From the NCBI GenBank assembly GCA_963693365.1, contig CAVNZM010000014.1, positions 4,030,001 through 4,094,000 on the forward strand: DNA of 64,000 nt. The letters are read 5' to 3'. The position numbers and the translations under genes are program-made. Source of the DNA: Amoebidium appalachense. Its lineage: Eukaryota; Protista; Ichthyosporea. Below, one piece after another: positions 1 through 33,565 of this stretch; the stretch's first letter is position 1, and the number at the start of each line of letters is the position of its first letter. The notes under the pieces were generated by a model. That model did no database searches. It was given only the letters and a program-made list of their open reading frames with translations, and was not told where the DNA came from.

Positions 1-37
1 CGTTAGCAAAATACAGAACATAACACTGATAACAACT

Positions 38-145
38 CTATTTATTTGGTTTTTGGGTATAGCCCACCGGACTGAAACCAAAACAGTCCCGTAGATTCAA
101 AGTTTGTGAACAATTCGTGTGTGAACAATTCGTGGCCACCTGTGT

Positions 146-206
<61 letters not shown>

Positions 207-602
207 CGCGCGCGCATGCATACTATTAGGTGTGCATGCGCGTGCGCGTGTGTGTATGTGTTTGGCGGGCAGGCAGGCGGGCAGGCGGGCAGGCGGGCAG
301 GAAGTTGGGCGGGCGGGGAGGAGGACGGGCCGGGAGGGGAGGGGAGAGGGGGGGGGGGGGGGGGGGGGGAGTGTTTAAGCACATTTACCTCCTGCAGCTG
401 GGCGTATGCAGCATCGCAGCGTTTGCGATAGTCAGCCACCCACTGCCGCCTCTGAAACTGGGCCACACTAGCCCCTCCTGCACGGTTCAACTTAGGCCTG
501 CCCTTTTTCTGAAAAAAGAGCATGTTAGTTCTTATCATCGGACACGGTATTGATATGCTATGTACGGCATATACAACACCCTGTGCCCCCCCCCCCCCTC
601 CC

Positions 603-633
<31 letters not shown>

Positions 634-784
634 GGACTCCTCCCCCCCCCCCCCCCCCCCCCCCCCAACCCGTAAAAAAAAAAAAGAAAAAAGCCAATCA
701 TTCAGGGGAAAACGAGACAAGGGAGGAAAACAGAACAAGAGAAAGGAAAAGAACGGAAGTAACGAAGAAGGGGGAGAGAAGAGG

Positions 785-823
<39 letters not shown>

Positions 824-1360
824 GTGGGCGGGGGGAACGTGGTGGTGGCAGTGGTGGTGGGGGGAGGGGGGGGGGGGGGGGGGAAGGCACAGCACAACCC
901 CGCTCATGGCATGTACTCTACACACAAACACACACACACAACACACACACACACATCGTCACACACACAGACACACACGCACACACACGCGCGCGCGCGC
1001 ACACACACACACACACACCGTGCGGACACAAACACTGATTCACACGCATACGCACACGCACACGCACATGTCCAAACCTATGCACACACACTCACGCATG
1101 CGCACACGCTCCACAAGCATAATAGCTATTCGAATATTCACAAGCATAATAGGTAATCTGGATATTCCACAAGCACTGTAACGCACATGCACACACACAC
1201 ACACACATGGCATACACACACACACACCCCAATCTATGTCTCTCTACACCCCACACACTCTCGCACCCCTCCCCCTCTCCCCCTCTTTCCCCTCTCTGCC
1301 CCTACCCTCTCTCGCTCGGCCTCTTCTCCCTTTCCCCCCCACCCCCCTCCCCCTTTACCT

Positions 1361-1396
<36 letters not shown>

Positions 1397-3081
1397 CCCC
1401 CCCCCCCCACACACACACAAACACCAGCCCGGAAGTAACCGGTGCCGTCACCTTCCGCACTAGAGAACAAAAAAGGGACTAAGGCATGTGCGGAAAGTAC
1501 TCTCAACACAGTGAGGCCCCCGGCCCATCACCATCATCATGATGCTCACCAAATAGAAACATCCCATTTTAAGTCAAGATGGCAAGACGACGGTGCAAAA
1601 TGATCATCATATGTTTTCATTGCTCGTCATCACCCGAGACCCTTCAAAACTCCTGAGTCGACCGTGCTGTTCTTCCCCTCTGTATGCAACATCGCCCACC
1701 CCCCAGATGATCCGCGTCGTTCTATTCTAATACCTTTTTGAGTTCGTTCACACTTGCATGTCTGACTGGCACTCACCCTTTTTGGTGCCTCCATTCGTTC
1801 AGTAGATGTCTCATCATCACAAGTACTCGTCTCACTCGACGGCTCCCGGACCACGAGCAAACGCCAAAGGCAAGACCGAACTTGTTTAACCAAAAGGCTT
1901 CAAGCCTTGCACCACCGAGCTAGGGGGGCAAAAATATGGGAAACGGACACCCTCAAGAATGAAGCCCTAGCCAACCAGCTGGGAACCGTGGATCCGAACA
2001 AAGCCCAAATGGCAACGCAGCGGAATTCACCCTTGGGTCGCAGAGGAAAGCCCTTGGGTCGATGATGCCCAGATGTACATAGCTAAACACCTCTAAACAG
2101 TGGAACAATAACACTACGAGATGTGGCACAGCAGAGTTTTCAAATAGTACTATACTAATATGTGTAAACCTGCACGTACATCTAGGGTAGTTACCCTACG
2201 TTTGGACATTCGTGTTTTATCTTGAAATGAAGCTTCGAGTTCGAAGGACGTACCGGACCTAGGTTCGCGGAAACGAGAAAAAGAGATGGTCATAGATCGT
2301 GCCGAACGATTGGATATAATCGTCAGATAGGATTGGCTGAAACTATGACTGCGAATATTTATCGAGATCTCAAATAGATGGATTGATTCTATTGGCTTAT
2401 CTTTATCGGAAGTGTGCTGAGGCCTGAGAGATGAATCCGTTCGTTTTGTTCCCGGACGGACTACAGTAGTTTGCATCCTACCGGGTATACCGTAGGGGGC
2501 CCTCATAAAGGACCTTCTTTCACCCAGCAACGACTATACTCCAGCTAGGGTGCTACGGTGCCATTACAGAACTCACATTACATACCGAGTACTTGAACTT
2601 CCAACTTCCTGTACACAGTGAGGAGCCGGGATGCCGCCCATGCTTATGCTGAGGCTGACTCGGTTGAACACCCCCAGACGTCTGACCGGCCAGCACTTCA
2701 AGTCATAATTATGCCTGTGCCGCACGCTGTTCACTGCAGGTCACGTGGCTCGCAGGGCCGGTGCTGCCGACTCAGCCGAGTTGTGAATTGTGCGAACTCA
2801 GTCCGCTGATATAACTTACTGTGACGGCAACCGTTGCGGCATACTAACGGTAGCTGCAGCTGCTCCGGCTGGGATCCGCAACTCACCCCTTGCGTAACTT
2901 GTACATGTACCGGGTCCAAGGCCTCCTAAATAGCACACCATTTAGGAGGCCTTGACCGGGTCACTGTTGCATGCGCACGCGCATGTACACCGTGCGCAAC
3001 GTTCACTGTGTGAAAAATTGACACGAACAAAAGCATATGCATTCAAACACATACGCACTTGCCCCCCCGGCCGCCCCCCCC

Positions 3082-3116
<35 letters not shown>

Positions 3117-4506
3117 ACCCACCCACCCACCCCGGTGACCCACCACCATTTCCACCACCACCACCCTCCCACCGGTCACTAACTGAGGCCGTGACGGTCG
3201 TGCTTCTGAGGCCAGACCGCGGGAAAGCAATGGCCAGGCAACGGGAAGTATAGCCACGTGACACGCACCTCATGTTTTACTGTTCAACATACTAACATTA
3301 TAGCACTCACCACACGACACATCATCATAATCATCGCTTCGAATGATGATGTAACAAATCCGATTAAGCCTTACGTTACCAGAGGCTGCAACAGCGAAGG
3401 TTTGATTCATGAGGGTCTACACATCCCTTCCAAGCGTTTTCGCCCGGGGTATCCTTAACTGAGAGCCAGTCGCCGGAGTTAACGTTTTAAGCTCGTCTAC
3501 AATATGTAGTGAAACAGCACCGTGAGTACCAGTGGAACGGAGCTCGGGGCTGAGCGAATCATGATGGTCGAAAGCAACACAAAAAAGCCGCAACCCGCTG
3601 GCACAAGGTGGCCCACCTCCGCTAAGTAAGTAAATCAGATGTGCGAAGTGCCGATGGAGTGCCAGTTTGAAACTGCAGCCTGCCGAAGAGTTTTACTGCC
3701 AGCTAATTGCATCGTGATGCAACAAGCAACAGGCAAAGCTCTGCAGATTCTGAGGCGAATCATAGTATGGGCCGAGCCTCTCTCTCCCTCTCTGTGGCAG
3801 ACTCCCGCGCCCTCTCCCCCTACCGCCCCGTTCACTTCCCCTTGAACGCTCACTTTCAGTTTTCCCCTCTTTCTCCCCCCCCCCTCCCTCCTCAGCTCAC
3901 TTCTCCCCGCCCCTACCGCCCCACCCCCCGTCCCAGTTCTTCAAGTGGTAGACCTTGTTGGTGGGGGACACGGGAGGGACCATCTGAGTGACCACATCAT
4001 AATGATTCACAGCATACTTACCTCAGTCTTTTGACGTCAGTGATCAACTCTTGAACCTCCTTCCCCTTTCTTCCCCCCTCAGCCCCACTAGCCAAAAAGA
4101 AAAGGGGCGGGGCGGGGGGGGGGGGGGGGGGGGGGGGAGGGATAGGGCCAAGTATGAAGTACACCTTCGTGACGACAATCATGAGCCCATCTTCCGGTAG
4201 GACCGTTGGGGGGAGGGGGAGGGGGGAGGAGGGGGAACGGGGAAGTAAAGGGGGGGGAGGGGGGGGGATGATGACATTATCTTTAACATACATACCACAG
4301 GCTTTAAATACATTGTGCACCATAATACCACAACAATGATCTGCTCACTCCATATTAGCCACCCCCCCCCCCCCCCCCCCCCCTCCCCCCCCTCCCCTCC
4401 CCTCCCCCCTCCCCTCCCACCCACCCTCCCCCTATGGACGACAACACGAACTCCCCACCTGCTTCTGCTCAGATGCATACGCCGAAGCCAGCCCATGTTT
4501 GGTGCC
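38..4506 (-). other. Possible spliced orphan gene or lncRNA: a series of AG..GT-bounded exon-like blocks with no recognisable product
   Basis: Minus-strand blocks have good splice signals. ~4459-4507 (MGWLRRMHLSRS) is phase-compatible with ~4022-4087 (GAEGGRKGKEVQELITDVKRL; ttggctag| ... |gtaagt). ~389-508 (KKGRPKLNRAGG...AYAQLQE; tttcag| ... |gtaaat) joins ~38-139 (VATNCSH...*). A block near 1540-1680 has stops in all three frames, so one continuous CDS could not be built. Confidence 0.25.
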
Positions 4507-4834
4507 ACTGAGTTTCGTAAAAGTGATAAAAAAAGGCTCCGGCCCTGTTACGGTCACCCGAGCTATTCCTGCTTTGTGATCTGAGGTAGCGAAGTTCTAA
4601 TTTTTCAAGCGAACGAACAGATTGGGTTCTAGAGGGAAAAAAAGGGAACAACCACGTCACACAGTGCTGGTAGCGCAAAATGCTAACTTATAATTAGGGG
4701 GCGGACAGCACATGAAGGATCAAGGAGTAGGGGTAGTTCCCCAGCTAGCTAGCGGTAACCGTGCAGACACACACACGAGCAAAGAGCCAGCCACAGTCGA
4801 TGTATGTCTAGACCTAGTTTAGGTTCATGCATGT

Positions 4835-5320
4835 TTAGGCTTCACTTTGAAGTTTCTGGACGGCTTCTTCTGCTTCGTCCAATATCCTCTTGTCGTCTGC
4901 GTGGGTCAGCAGACCCTTGGCTGTTTTGTGCTCAAACCACCCGAGCTCGCTTATTTCCTTCTCCTGCCTGCGTGCAGCTACTTTCCCAGCTAGGCGGCCG
5001 AGGTAAAGAACCACAGACTTGTCCAACCTGCGCGTTTCACCCCACCTCTTCCTGTATTTCTCGCACACGTAGCGACTGGAAAAGATGATATTCTCGTGCA
5101 GGTTCACTTCTGTGCCAGCTATGCCAGTTTCCTCTTCAAACTCTCGAAGCGCACATGCTATGTTTGTCTCTCCTGCCTCAGCATGGCCTTTTGGAAAACC
5201 CCAGTGTCCGGCATGATGCTTAACAAGAAGGTAGAAGGCGTGCTTATCTTCCACACAGAAGGGAACAACACCGTAGGCGTAGTCTCGCTCCAAAGGCATC
5301 TCTGTCTTAGCTGTAGACAT
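4835..5320 (-). CDS. Nudix hydrolase, Ap4A (diadenosine tetraphosphate) hydrolase-like, single exon, ~161 aa
   Basis: Complete Nudix box GX5EX7REUXEEXGU (GHAEAGETNIACALREFEEETGI) preceded by HWGFPKGH, plus C-terminal QEKEISELGWF. First ATG is at 5320 (MSTAK). Confidence 0.9.
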   Translation of the reverse strand: MSTAKTEMPLERDYAYGVVPFCVEDKHAFYLLVKHHAGHWGFPKGHAEAGETNIACALREFEEETGIAGTEVNLHENIIFSSRYVCEKYRKRWGETRRLDKSVVLYLGRLAGKVAARRQEKEISELGWFEHKTAKGLLTHADDKRILDEAEEAVQKLQSEA

Positions 5321-5972
5321 CTTGGTCGTTACTTGTAGGTGTCTCAATGGTTTAAAGTTATAATTATGTTAAGCGATAAGAGAGGGACAAAGTGGGAAAG
5401 AGGACAGCCTTTTGGTTGAGCAAATGAGTGCCATATAGTGTAGTAAGATTCGCAAATTTTCTTCCGTTTCATGTTTTGGTGGTGGCGGCCTCCTCGGCTC
5501 GGAAAGAGAGAAAGGGAGAGAGAGGAGAGGCAGCGGAGAGAGAGCGAGAGAATGGAAGGCTTATCAGGGTGTGAAATTGTAGGTTCAATGTTTGAACCTG
5601 AAATCTCAGGCGCATAACCAATCGCATGCTCCCCGTTTACAACAATCGCATTCCATCTAGATCTATGTCCGAGGCAAAGATTTAAGACTGGTGTCCTTTG
5701 AGCCAATAGAAATACAGATAAAATTCCTACCCTGTTCCAGCCGGCAGGCGAACGTTTTCGACTTGCACTAACTGGCCGTTGTTTTGTTCTTGTTACCTGT
5801 TTGAATTGACTTGTTCTTGTTGCGGTTTTTGCAGTGGCCTACCTGCAAATCCCCCAAGGCTTCATATATACTAACAGAGGCCTTGATATCCCTCCAAGCA
5901 AGCACCTGTCAGTCGCATGCGGCAGGGATGGACGGGGAATAGCAGGGAGGCACGAGAAAGATAAGCGTCAAA
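5321..5972. promoter_or_regulatory. Putative bidirectional promoter and 5' UTRs between the head-to-head Nudix and kinase genes
   Basis: Divergent start codons ~650 bp apart in a mostly non-repetitive stretch. A T-rich tract ending TTTTTGCAG at ~5833 suggests a 5' UTR intron acceptor of the kinase gene. Confidence 0.5.
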
Positions 5973-25184
<19,212 letters not shown>

Positions 25185-25619
25185 TGTGGATATAATGCAC
25201 GTGCATGGACCGTTCTGGCATGTGCACAGGCACGTACATTGTGGAATGTACACACAACTCGGGCATGTGTGCGCTTGTCCAAACACACGTGTGTGCAGCG
25301 TTCACAGATGTGTGCACATCTGCGGATTGTAAAAAGGATAGCTTAGATACGCGGACACACGCCATGCACACGATTTAGAGTAGGAAATGTAATTGCTTCC
25401 AGCCTACAAAGGGTGAATGGATTTGAAACATGTGCTGTGTAGGATGAATGACCAGATTTTCTGTATAAATGAAACAGTAATTTTCAAGAAATTCGTTAGT
25501 TTTCACACCCTGCTGGTGATGCCTCTGATTCTGTTGTTTGTACACCCGATTCACTTTCAGCGGGAAAGGACCAGACTGTATAATAGTGACAGGCAACCCT
25601 TTCCCCCCTTCCTTTTTTT

Positions 25620-25670
<51 letters not shown>

Positions 25671-25707
25671 GGTTATTGGATGCTTTTAGGGGTGGGTGGG
25701 TGGGTGT

Positions 25708-25741
<34 letters not shown>

Positions 25742-26835
25742 CTTTGATTTTCCCAGGGTAGTGAATGACTGTGCCAGGGGAATAAGTTAGCATCAGGACG
25801 AAAGATAGACACCCCCAGGCACGTCAATTTGTACGAATTTCTCTGGGCCAGTGGCCATGAAATAAAGCCAGCCCAAGGTAGTGCAGCTTTCCAGTTCTCA
25901 CCATGAAGTGTCCATGGTGTGGGTGTGAGTGTGCATGTGTGGGTGGGCCTGTGCGTCCATGTGTGTACACACGTCAGCTGATAATAGGTGTGTATGCAAT
26001 GCGGCTCCTGTGTCAGGTGTGTATGTTTGTATGTAGACGTGACATCCGTAGAGGTTTGTGAGGCGTGTACGCTCCATGCGTGTTTGCTTGTATGTAAGCA
26101 TTCGTACGTGTGTGTGTGTAAATAAAATATTGAGTGTGTATTGAGACCATGCATGTGTGTGCAGGTGTATGTAATTGTCTGTGTGTGGTCATGGGCATGC
26201 TCTATTGTACACGTGCTGTGTTGTGCCTGTGTGGTTGTGTACATATATGGCAGTGCACGTGCGTGAGTCACAATGATTGCTACATGGGTGGGTGTGCATG
26301 TGTGTTCGCGGCTGTGGCCCCTTTCCTTGCTTTTCACTCTCTTTTGTTGGTTTGTTTGTTTATTGTTTGGGGGGCTTGATGCCATGGTTGTGGGTGTGTA
26401 TACGTGTGGTTGCCGTGTGGGTGTGCATGATATTGTACATATGTATCATGTATCCGGACACTACAGTACGTGTGCACGCGTATGTACCTCATGAGCGTGG
26501 GCATATATGGCGCCGAGAAGGATAACACTCGGGGGCACATCATGACGAAAAGATTTGGGGTGTCAGGGAGAGTTAGTTTAGTATGTGGTATTAACACGAG
26601 GAGCTCCTGCAATTGCAATTGTTTGATGCCAGCACCCGCCCTTTCAGAGCCCCCCCTGTATTAATTCCGAGTTCAGTCAATCTTATGTTACAGTAGGCAA
26701 GCGGTGTATGTTCTAGATTGGCAGCTGGGCCTAGAATGGTGGATGAGTGCGAGGTAGTGGTCCTCAAAATGGTGTTTTCTCTGCTCTTTTTTCGGTCTCT
26801 TTTTTTTGTGTGTGTGTGTGTGGTGGTGGTGGTGG

Positions 26836-26888
<53 letters not shown>

Positions 26889-27489
26889 TCTAAGTGGAGA
26901 TTAGCACTCGGCAGATACACGGAAACTCGGGACATTCATACCATTGAATGCTCATTGTTAAGTTACAGTAGAGTGCACGTAGGCACCAGCCGGAGGGGAT
27001 CGATGGGAAGTTGTTGACCTGTGTGTGTGAGGTCACTGTGCACGAAAATACATGAGATTATGTGTTTAAAATTTGTATGCGTGCGTGTGTTTGGCGGTTG
27101 GGGAGCAATCCGCGCATAAAAAATACAAGGCGCTATATGCACCGTAACACAACGGTTGAAGGTTTACGCTGCTCTACTCCGAACCAAAGAAATTATAAAT
27201 AGCCGCCTCTAAGGGGTAGAGGAAGTGAGGAAAAAGGATAAGTGGTGTATTGAACGTGTTCTTGGGCCGTGGGAAATGCATATGGATGTGTGGGAGTGTT
27301 ACGTGTTCGCTATATCTCATGGTAACACGAGAAGGCCCCAGGGGGAGGCGGTGGAGGGGAGGGGGGGGGGAGGTTGCTGATGGGCGGAAGTAAAAACATA
27401 TTTGGTGCCGGGGTTTTGTGACGTAGTGTAGGGGTGTACGTGTCTCTCCCAAGGAGTGCAGTCGCATGTGCATGTATGGTGATGGGGGA

Positions 27490-27552
27490 CTACAGCTCCA
27501 ATCCAAGCAGGCTGGCTAGACGCAGACCAACTTCGGTGTTGTCAAGGTTGCC

Positions 27553-27642
<90 letters not shown>

Positions 27643-28793
27643 GTGTGTGTGTGTGTATGTGCTTTGCGTGCAAGCATATGTGTGTGTGTGTGTGTGCACG
27701 TGAGTGGAGTGCGTGACTACACTTCTTTCTCACTTTCTCTCACTTTCTCTCTCTCTCTTCCTCCCTCCCTCCCCCCCCCCCCCCCCCCCCCCCCCCACCC
27801 CCTCCGTCTCACTTCTCTATCCCTGTGTGTATGTGAGCATGTGTGGCTATCATGGAAGGAGTGGACGTGAATGAGAAGAGGGCCACATGAGCCGTAACGG
27901 GAGAACACGATGCATAAGACCGGTCAGGAGAGCAGCGCCGATGCACCGACAACCTGGGCTATAAGGAAAGCCGGGGGAAGGGGGGGCAACTGCAGCAGCT
28001 AGTCATGTGTGGGCAGGAGACCGTAGGTGGGTGTGAGAGGGGGGAGGGGATTATACCTCTGAAGTGTTCTGAGCCTGGGCCATAGGCATACAGGTTGACG
28101 TCTTCACCTGCAGCTCACAGTGTCACCATGGGCACAAACATGCACGTGCATGCACAAACATGCACGTGCACAAACATGCACGTGCATGCACAAACATGCA
28201 CGTGCATGCACAAACATGCACGTGCATGCTCAAACATGCACGTGCGTGCACAAACATGCACGTGCACCGACAGGCAGGCACATAGACAAGAACACAAGTG
28301 CACACACATGCACATACTTGTACAGGCAGGCACGCTAACCATCACACACACACCCATACATGTAAACATACCCCCGCGGCCACACATCCCCAGGGAGAGG
28401 AAGCTCCTATGTCCAGCCAAGAGGCACACCTGCCTCCCCAAACACAACACCCTATCTCGAAACTTCACAATAGTTGCCCAATTCTTGGGCATCTCAATTT
28501 CAGACTTGATTCTGTTACCTATGTGTTGAATATGTAAGGCTCATGAGAACTGAATCCACATAAGCACCAACCCAATAACTTACAAAATCCCCCCCCCCCC
28601 CCCCCCCCCTCCCCCCCCCCCCCCTCTCTCCTCACCCTCCCAATACCTGTGTGGGATGGGGAGGTGAAGCCCACACCACAGCGTCGTGGCACAAGAGTCC
28701 ATAGTGTGCTCATGCGCAGTTCAAGTGGGCCTAGTAGTCCTGCAAGGAGGGTTGGAGGGGGTTAGAACACACACACACACAGACACACACACA

Positions 28794-28842
<49 letters not shown>

Positions 28843-29280
28843 GCGTGCGCCGGCGCGGGCGCGCACACACAGACACACACGCACGCACACACACACACAC
28901 ACACACACGCACACACACACACACACACGAGCAACCAATGTGCTTGCCGTTGAAATGGATTGACACAAGTTTTAGTAGCTCCCAACATGGGTCCCCCCCT
29001 CCTCCCCCCCTCCCCCCCCCCCACAAACACACACATATACATCCCCCTCATCCCCCCCTGCACGGACACATGCACAGCCTGAACGATGTGTAAGTCAAGG
29101 GGTGTGCCCACTAGCACGTACGTGAAGGCATGCAGGGACAGAGTGCATGCACAGGCACACGTGTAGTGACATTGGAGAAATATAAGCCACGTGCACACAT
29201 GCTCATGTACAGATTAAATAGATGCACAAACAAATACATTCCGCTTTCGTTCTTGCATGCATACAAATCACAGGAACAGC

Positions 29281-29334
<54 letters not shown>

Positions 29335-29337
29335 ACA

Positions 29338-29370
<33 letters not shown>

Positions 29371-29658
29371 ACACACACACCCACACACACACAAACACCC
29401 ACACCACACACACGCCGACCCACCCACCCACCCACACCACACACACACACACACCTTTGATCTCCTCGTCGCTCAGGTCGGTGATTCCCAAATGCCTGCC
29501 ACCAGCCCCCAGGCCATTACTTCAGTTGCCAACCTCCCCAACATTATCTCACTCCCCCCTCCCCCCCCCCCCCCTCCCTTGCCTCTTCCCTCGCTCTCCT
29601 CCCCTCACTCCTTCCTTCCTCCCTCCCCCTTCTCCCCATCTCCTTCCCTCATTCCTCC

Positions 29659-29697
<39 letters not shown>

Positions 29698-30528
29698 CCC
29701 ACCCACCCACCAACATCATCTCATCCCCCGCTCCCCCCCCCCCCCCCCCCCCCCCCCCTGCCCCAGCCACCAACATCAATTCATCCCTTTACCCCCCCCC
29801 CCCTCCCCCCTCCCTCCCCCCTCCCCCCCCCGGGGGCCCTCCCCCCAGCCCCTTTGCTAATATTTCAGTTGCCACCCCAAAAATATACACCCCTGTTGCC
29901 ATGTATTCTCATCTCTCCTCTGACTACCGTGCATGCAAGGGAAGGGAATACGGAAACATGGCTGCATACGTTTGTACGATTTCTCTTATCCTATCCGGGC
30001 TGGTGGTGTTGTAGATGTCTGGGTCTGTGGCCTGCAGATACTCAAGACTGTGCCGCACTGCACAAACACAGTCAGCAAAAAGACTGCATGCATGACTACA
30101 CAAATCAAATCAAAACATTTATCATCCCGCACCTCTCCCCTTCCTCCCCCCCTTCCGGCCATTTCAAGCACACACACACACACACACGTACAGACGCATA
30201 CACATACATGTATGTGCACGCACACCCAAAGGCTGGCACAGAGACGTACACGGCAAAACACAAACATCAACTTTCTAAAACACTGATTCATCACATAACT
30301 CGTTGGGATGTGACGGCATGCAGGTGCATAATAGGGCCATGTGCATGCCACAGTGTCGGTGTACGGGCAGGCAGCCGAGCCAATACCATGACCCCAATGA
30401 TTGGGTTCTGCTCGTGCGCGCGGTTGCGTATAGAGCGGGTTTACGCATCGGTAGCATTTGCAAGCAAAAGTGGGAGTGTCTCACATAGTACAATCACGTC
30501 CCCCAAATTTTGATTGTCTTTTTTTTTT

Positions 30529-30559
<31 letters not shown>

Positions 30560-30592
30560 GGGGGGAGGGGGGGGGGGGGGGGGGGGAAGGAA

Positions 30593-30636
<44 letters not shown>

Positions 30637-31045
30637 GAGGAGATGGGGGGGGGGGGGGGGGTAAGATGCAGTTCCGAAGAGCAGTTTAACTGGGCATGGG
30701 TGGGTGGGTGGTTGTGTGTGTGTGTGTGTCCTTGCGTGTGTCTGTGTGTGTGTGTGCGCACGTGTTTGGGGGATGGGTGAGGGGGGGTGTATCGAGGTAA
30801 AAAAAGCAGATGGCCATGCAATCAATACCGTTTGCAAGGGGCTGGGGGTCCCACTGGTACTCGGGGATGGCGCTGGTCCATTGGTAGCCAATCGAAAGGC
30901 CCCCTGTCTCGTGGTCCGACGTCTATTGGTGCAAGGTCAGTAAGCGCAAATAGGTAGAAAAGGGGGTGGAAGGGCTGGGGTTAGGAATGTGTTACACAGT
31001 ACGAAGTGCACATGCATGACGTACAACACAATGCAGGGGGGGGGT

Positions 31046-31077
<32 letters not shown>

Positions 31078-31199
31078 GGGGGGTGCACTGCCGACCACGT
31101 GAAAGCCTCGAGGCATATGTACATCAGCAACATATTCTTTCTAGGTGTATTCGAAACAGAAAGAAGCACAAGATCATGTGTGCCAGCCTGCACGTGTGT

Positions 31200-31251
<52 letters not shown>

Positions 31252-32983
31252 GTCCCTGCGTGCCTGCATGTGCTTGTGCACGTGTGTGCCCGGGAGGTAA
31301 CCCACCGACACCACCAGAGTGTTCTTGTTCTCTCTGGCATATTCCATGACCACCCTTACGGCCTCCTGGTAGGCTAGTACCTCACTCAGCACGGCACCAA
31401 GGTCCCGGTTGTGCGCCCCCATGTCTGCATAAATGGTATCATCGCCCCATTCCTCATATATGCATAAAAGGTATCAGTAACCCCCCCCTCCCCCCCCCCC
31501 CCCCCCCCCTCCCTCCCTCCCCCTTCCCCCATATATCTGCGCCCCATAATTCCGCATACCAGGCGTCACTATCCCCGACCCCTTATATCTGCCTGAAGGG
31601 TATAAGTGCCCCCTCCCCCCCCTCCGCCCCCCCCCCCCCCCCCCTCCCTCCCCCCCCCCCCCCCCCCCCCAATCAAAAAAAAAAAAAAGAAAGAAAGAAA
31701 GAAAGAAGAAGAAGTCGAAGACACTTGAGTCTGCATCACAGGTTTAGTGCGCCGCAACTCCTTCTGTCTGTCCGCACGTGCACGTGTCAGCCCACGCCGC
31801 TTCTGAGTATCACCCCCCCCCAACCCCCCCCCCAAAAAAACACAAAAAAAACCGTGTGTTACGTGTGTTACCACCCCTTGTCCGATTGCACCACCAAACC
31901 CCTATATACCCTTTCATACCTGCCTACCACACCCCTATTCTTTCATACCTGCCTACCACACCCCTATTCTTTCATACCTGCCTACCACACCCCTATTCTT
32001 TCATGCCTGCAACCCCCCCCCCCTCCCCCCCTCCCCCCCCTCCCCCCCCCCTCCCCTCCCCTCCCCCTCCCACGCCCCCGCCCCCCCCACACACACACCC
32101 CTCCTCGCTCTCACCCCCCTCCCTCCCTCCCCCCCCCCCCCCCCCCCCTCCCCCGCCCCCATCCTTCCCATTTACCTATTCTGCTTCCCTCGACCAGCAG
32201 CACAAATCCCACATCTCTCTGCCTAGACCTCTCATGCAGTATTTGCAGTGCTGCCCTAGTGCTGTTGGCCAGGTGCGGTTGCGTGCTTGGCTTGTCTATG
32301 TGGTAGGCCTGGTGGCTGGGGCTAAACAGACCTAGAACACGAGAACTAGGAGGGAGAGTTAGTGAAAGGGGAGACATTTTTGGGAAAAGGTGGGTGGAGA
32401 AAAAAGGGTGTGGTGCAGGTAGGTAATGGGGTAAAGAAGGTATACATACGTGGTGGGGGAGCATGGCGATGGGCTGAACAGGGTATCATGTGATGGGTTA
32501 AGTAGGTAATGGGGTAAAGAAGGTATACATACATGGTGGGGGAGCATGGCGATGGACGGAACAGGGTATCATGTAATGGGTTAAGTAGGTAATGGGGTAA
32601 AGAAGGTATACATACATGGTGGGGGAGCATGGCGATGGACGGAACAGGGTATCATGTAATGGGTTAAATAGGTAATGGGGTAAAGAAGGTATACATACAT
32701 GGTGGGGGAGCATGGCGATGGACGGAACAGGGTATCATGTAATGGGTTGCTTGAAGGATGGAGTTTGTTGCCTGTGTGATGTGTGTGGTGTGCGCGCACT
32801 GAGAATGTGCGGGGTGTGCCATTCCATACGGAAAGCAAGTGTGTGCCTGTGGAATAAAAAACACACAACCAATGACATGGACCTGTGTGCCTGACTCTTT
32901 GCATTTGTGTCCTATGCATATGCCAATTGCCCCCCTTCTACCCCCCTCCCCCCCTTCCTCCCCCCAACCTCCATCCTTTTTTT

Positions 32984-33022
<39 letters not shown>

Positions 33023-33282
33023 AGAGAGGCTGAGCTCATACGTCTGGCTATTTTCAGTATTGATGGCCTCCAACTCCTGGTGTGTGGTGACCACAGTATA
33101 GCCCACATCTTTTGCCTTTTGCAGCCCATCCACCCCATCCCCCCGCAAATTGCTGGCAAAAAACTTGAGCCCCCCCCCAAGCATCACATCCGGCCCAAAG
33201 GCAAGCTGTGACACGTGGGTGTCAGTGTGGTGCACACTCACCCTCTTGAAGTCTGTGTGTGTATTCCGTTCCCTGCAAGTGT

Positions 33283-33318
<36 letters not shown>

Positions 33319-33525
33319 TCCCCCCTCCCCATTCCCCTCCACATCCGAGACTGTTCTCTGTGCCTCGAGTGTAAATTCCCTGTGTATAAATTTCCTCCCT
33401 CACAAGTTTCTGTCTGTGCACTCTGGCCCTAGTGAGTGTCCATCCGTGCACGTCCATCAGTGTGGTGCATGTACACACATGATTAACTTTTTCCCAATAT
33501 CTCCAGTGCACCGCCTAAGCAAGCG

Positions 33526-33565
<40 letters not shown>

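Noticed and set aside
2150-2530. 126-aa ORF bracketed by an 8-bp direct repeat ACTATACT (possible TSD)
   Set aside because: No terminal inverted repeats and no transposase motifs; could be chance.
4013-4024. ATACTTACCT, resembling the 5' end of U1 snRNA
   Set aside because: It is the reverse complement of a consensus 5' splice site and no U1 body follows.
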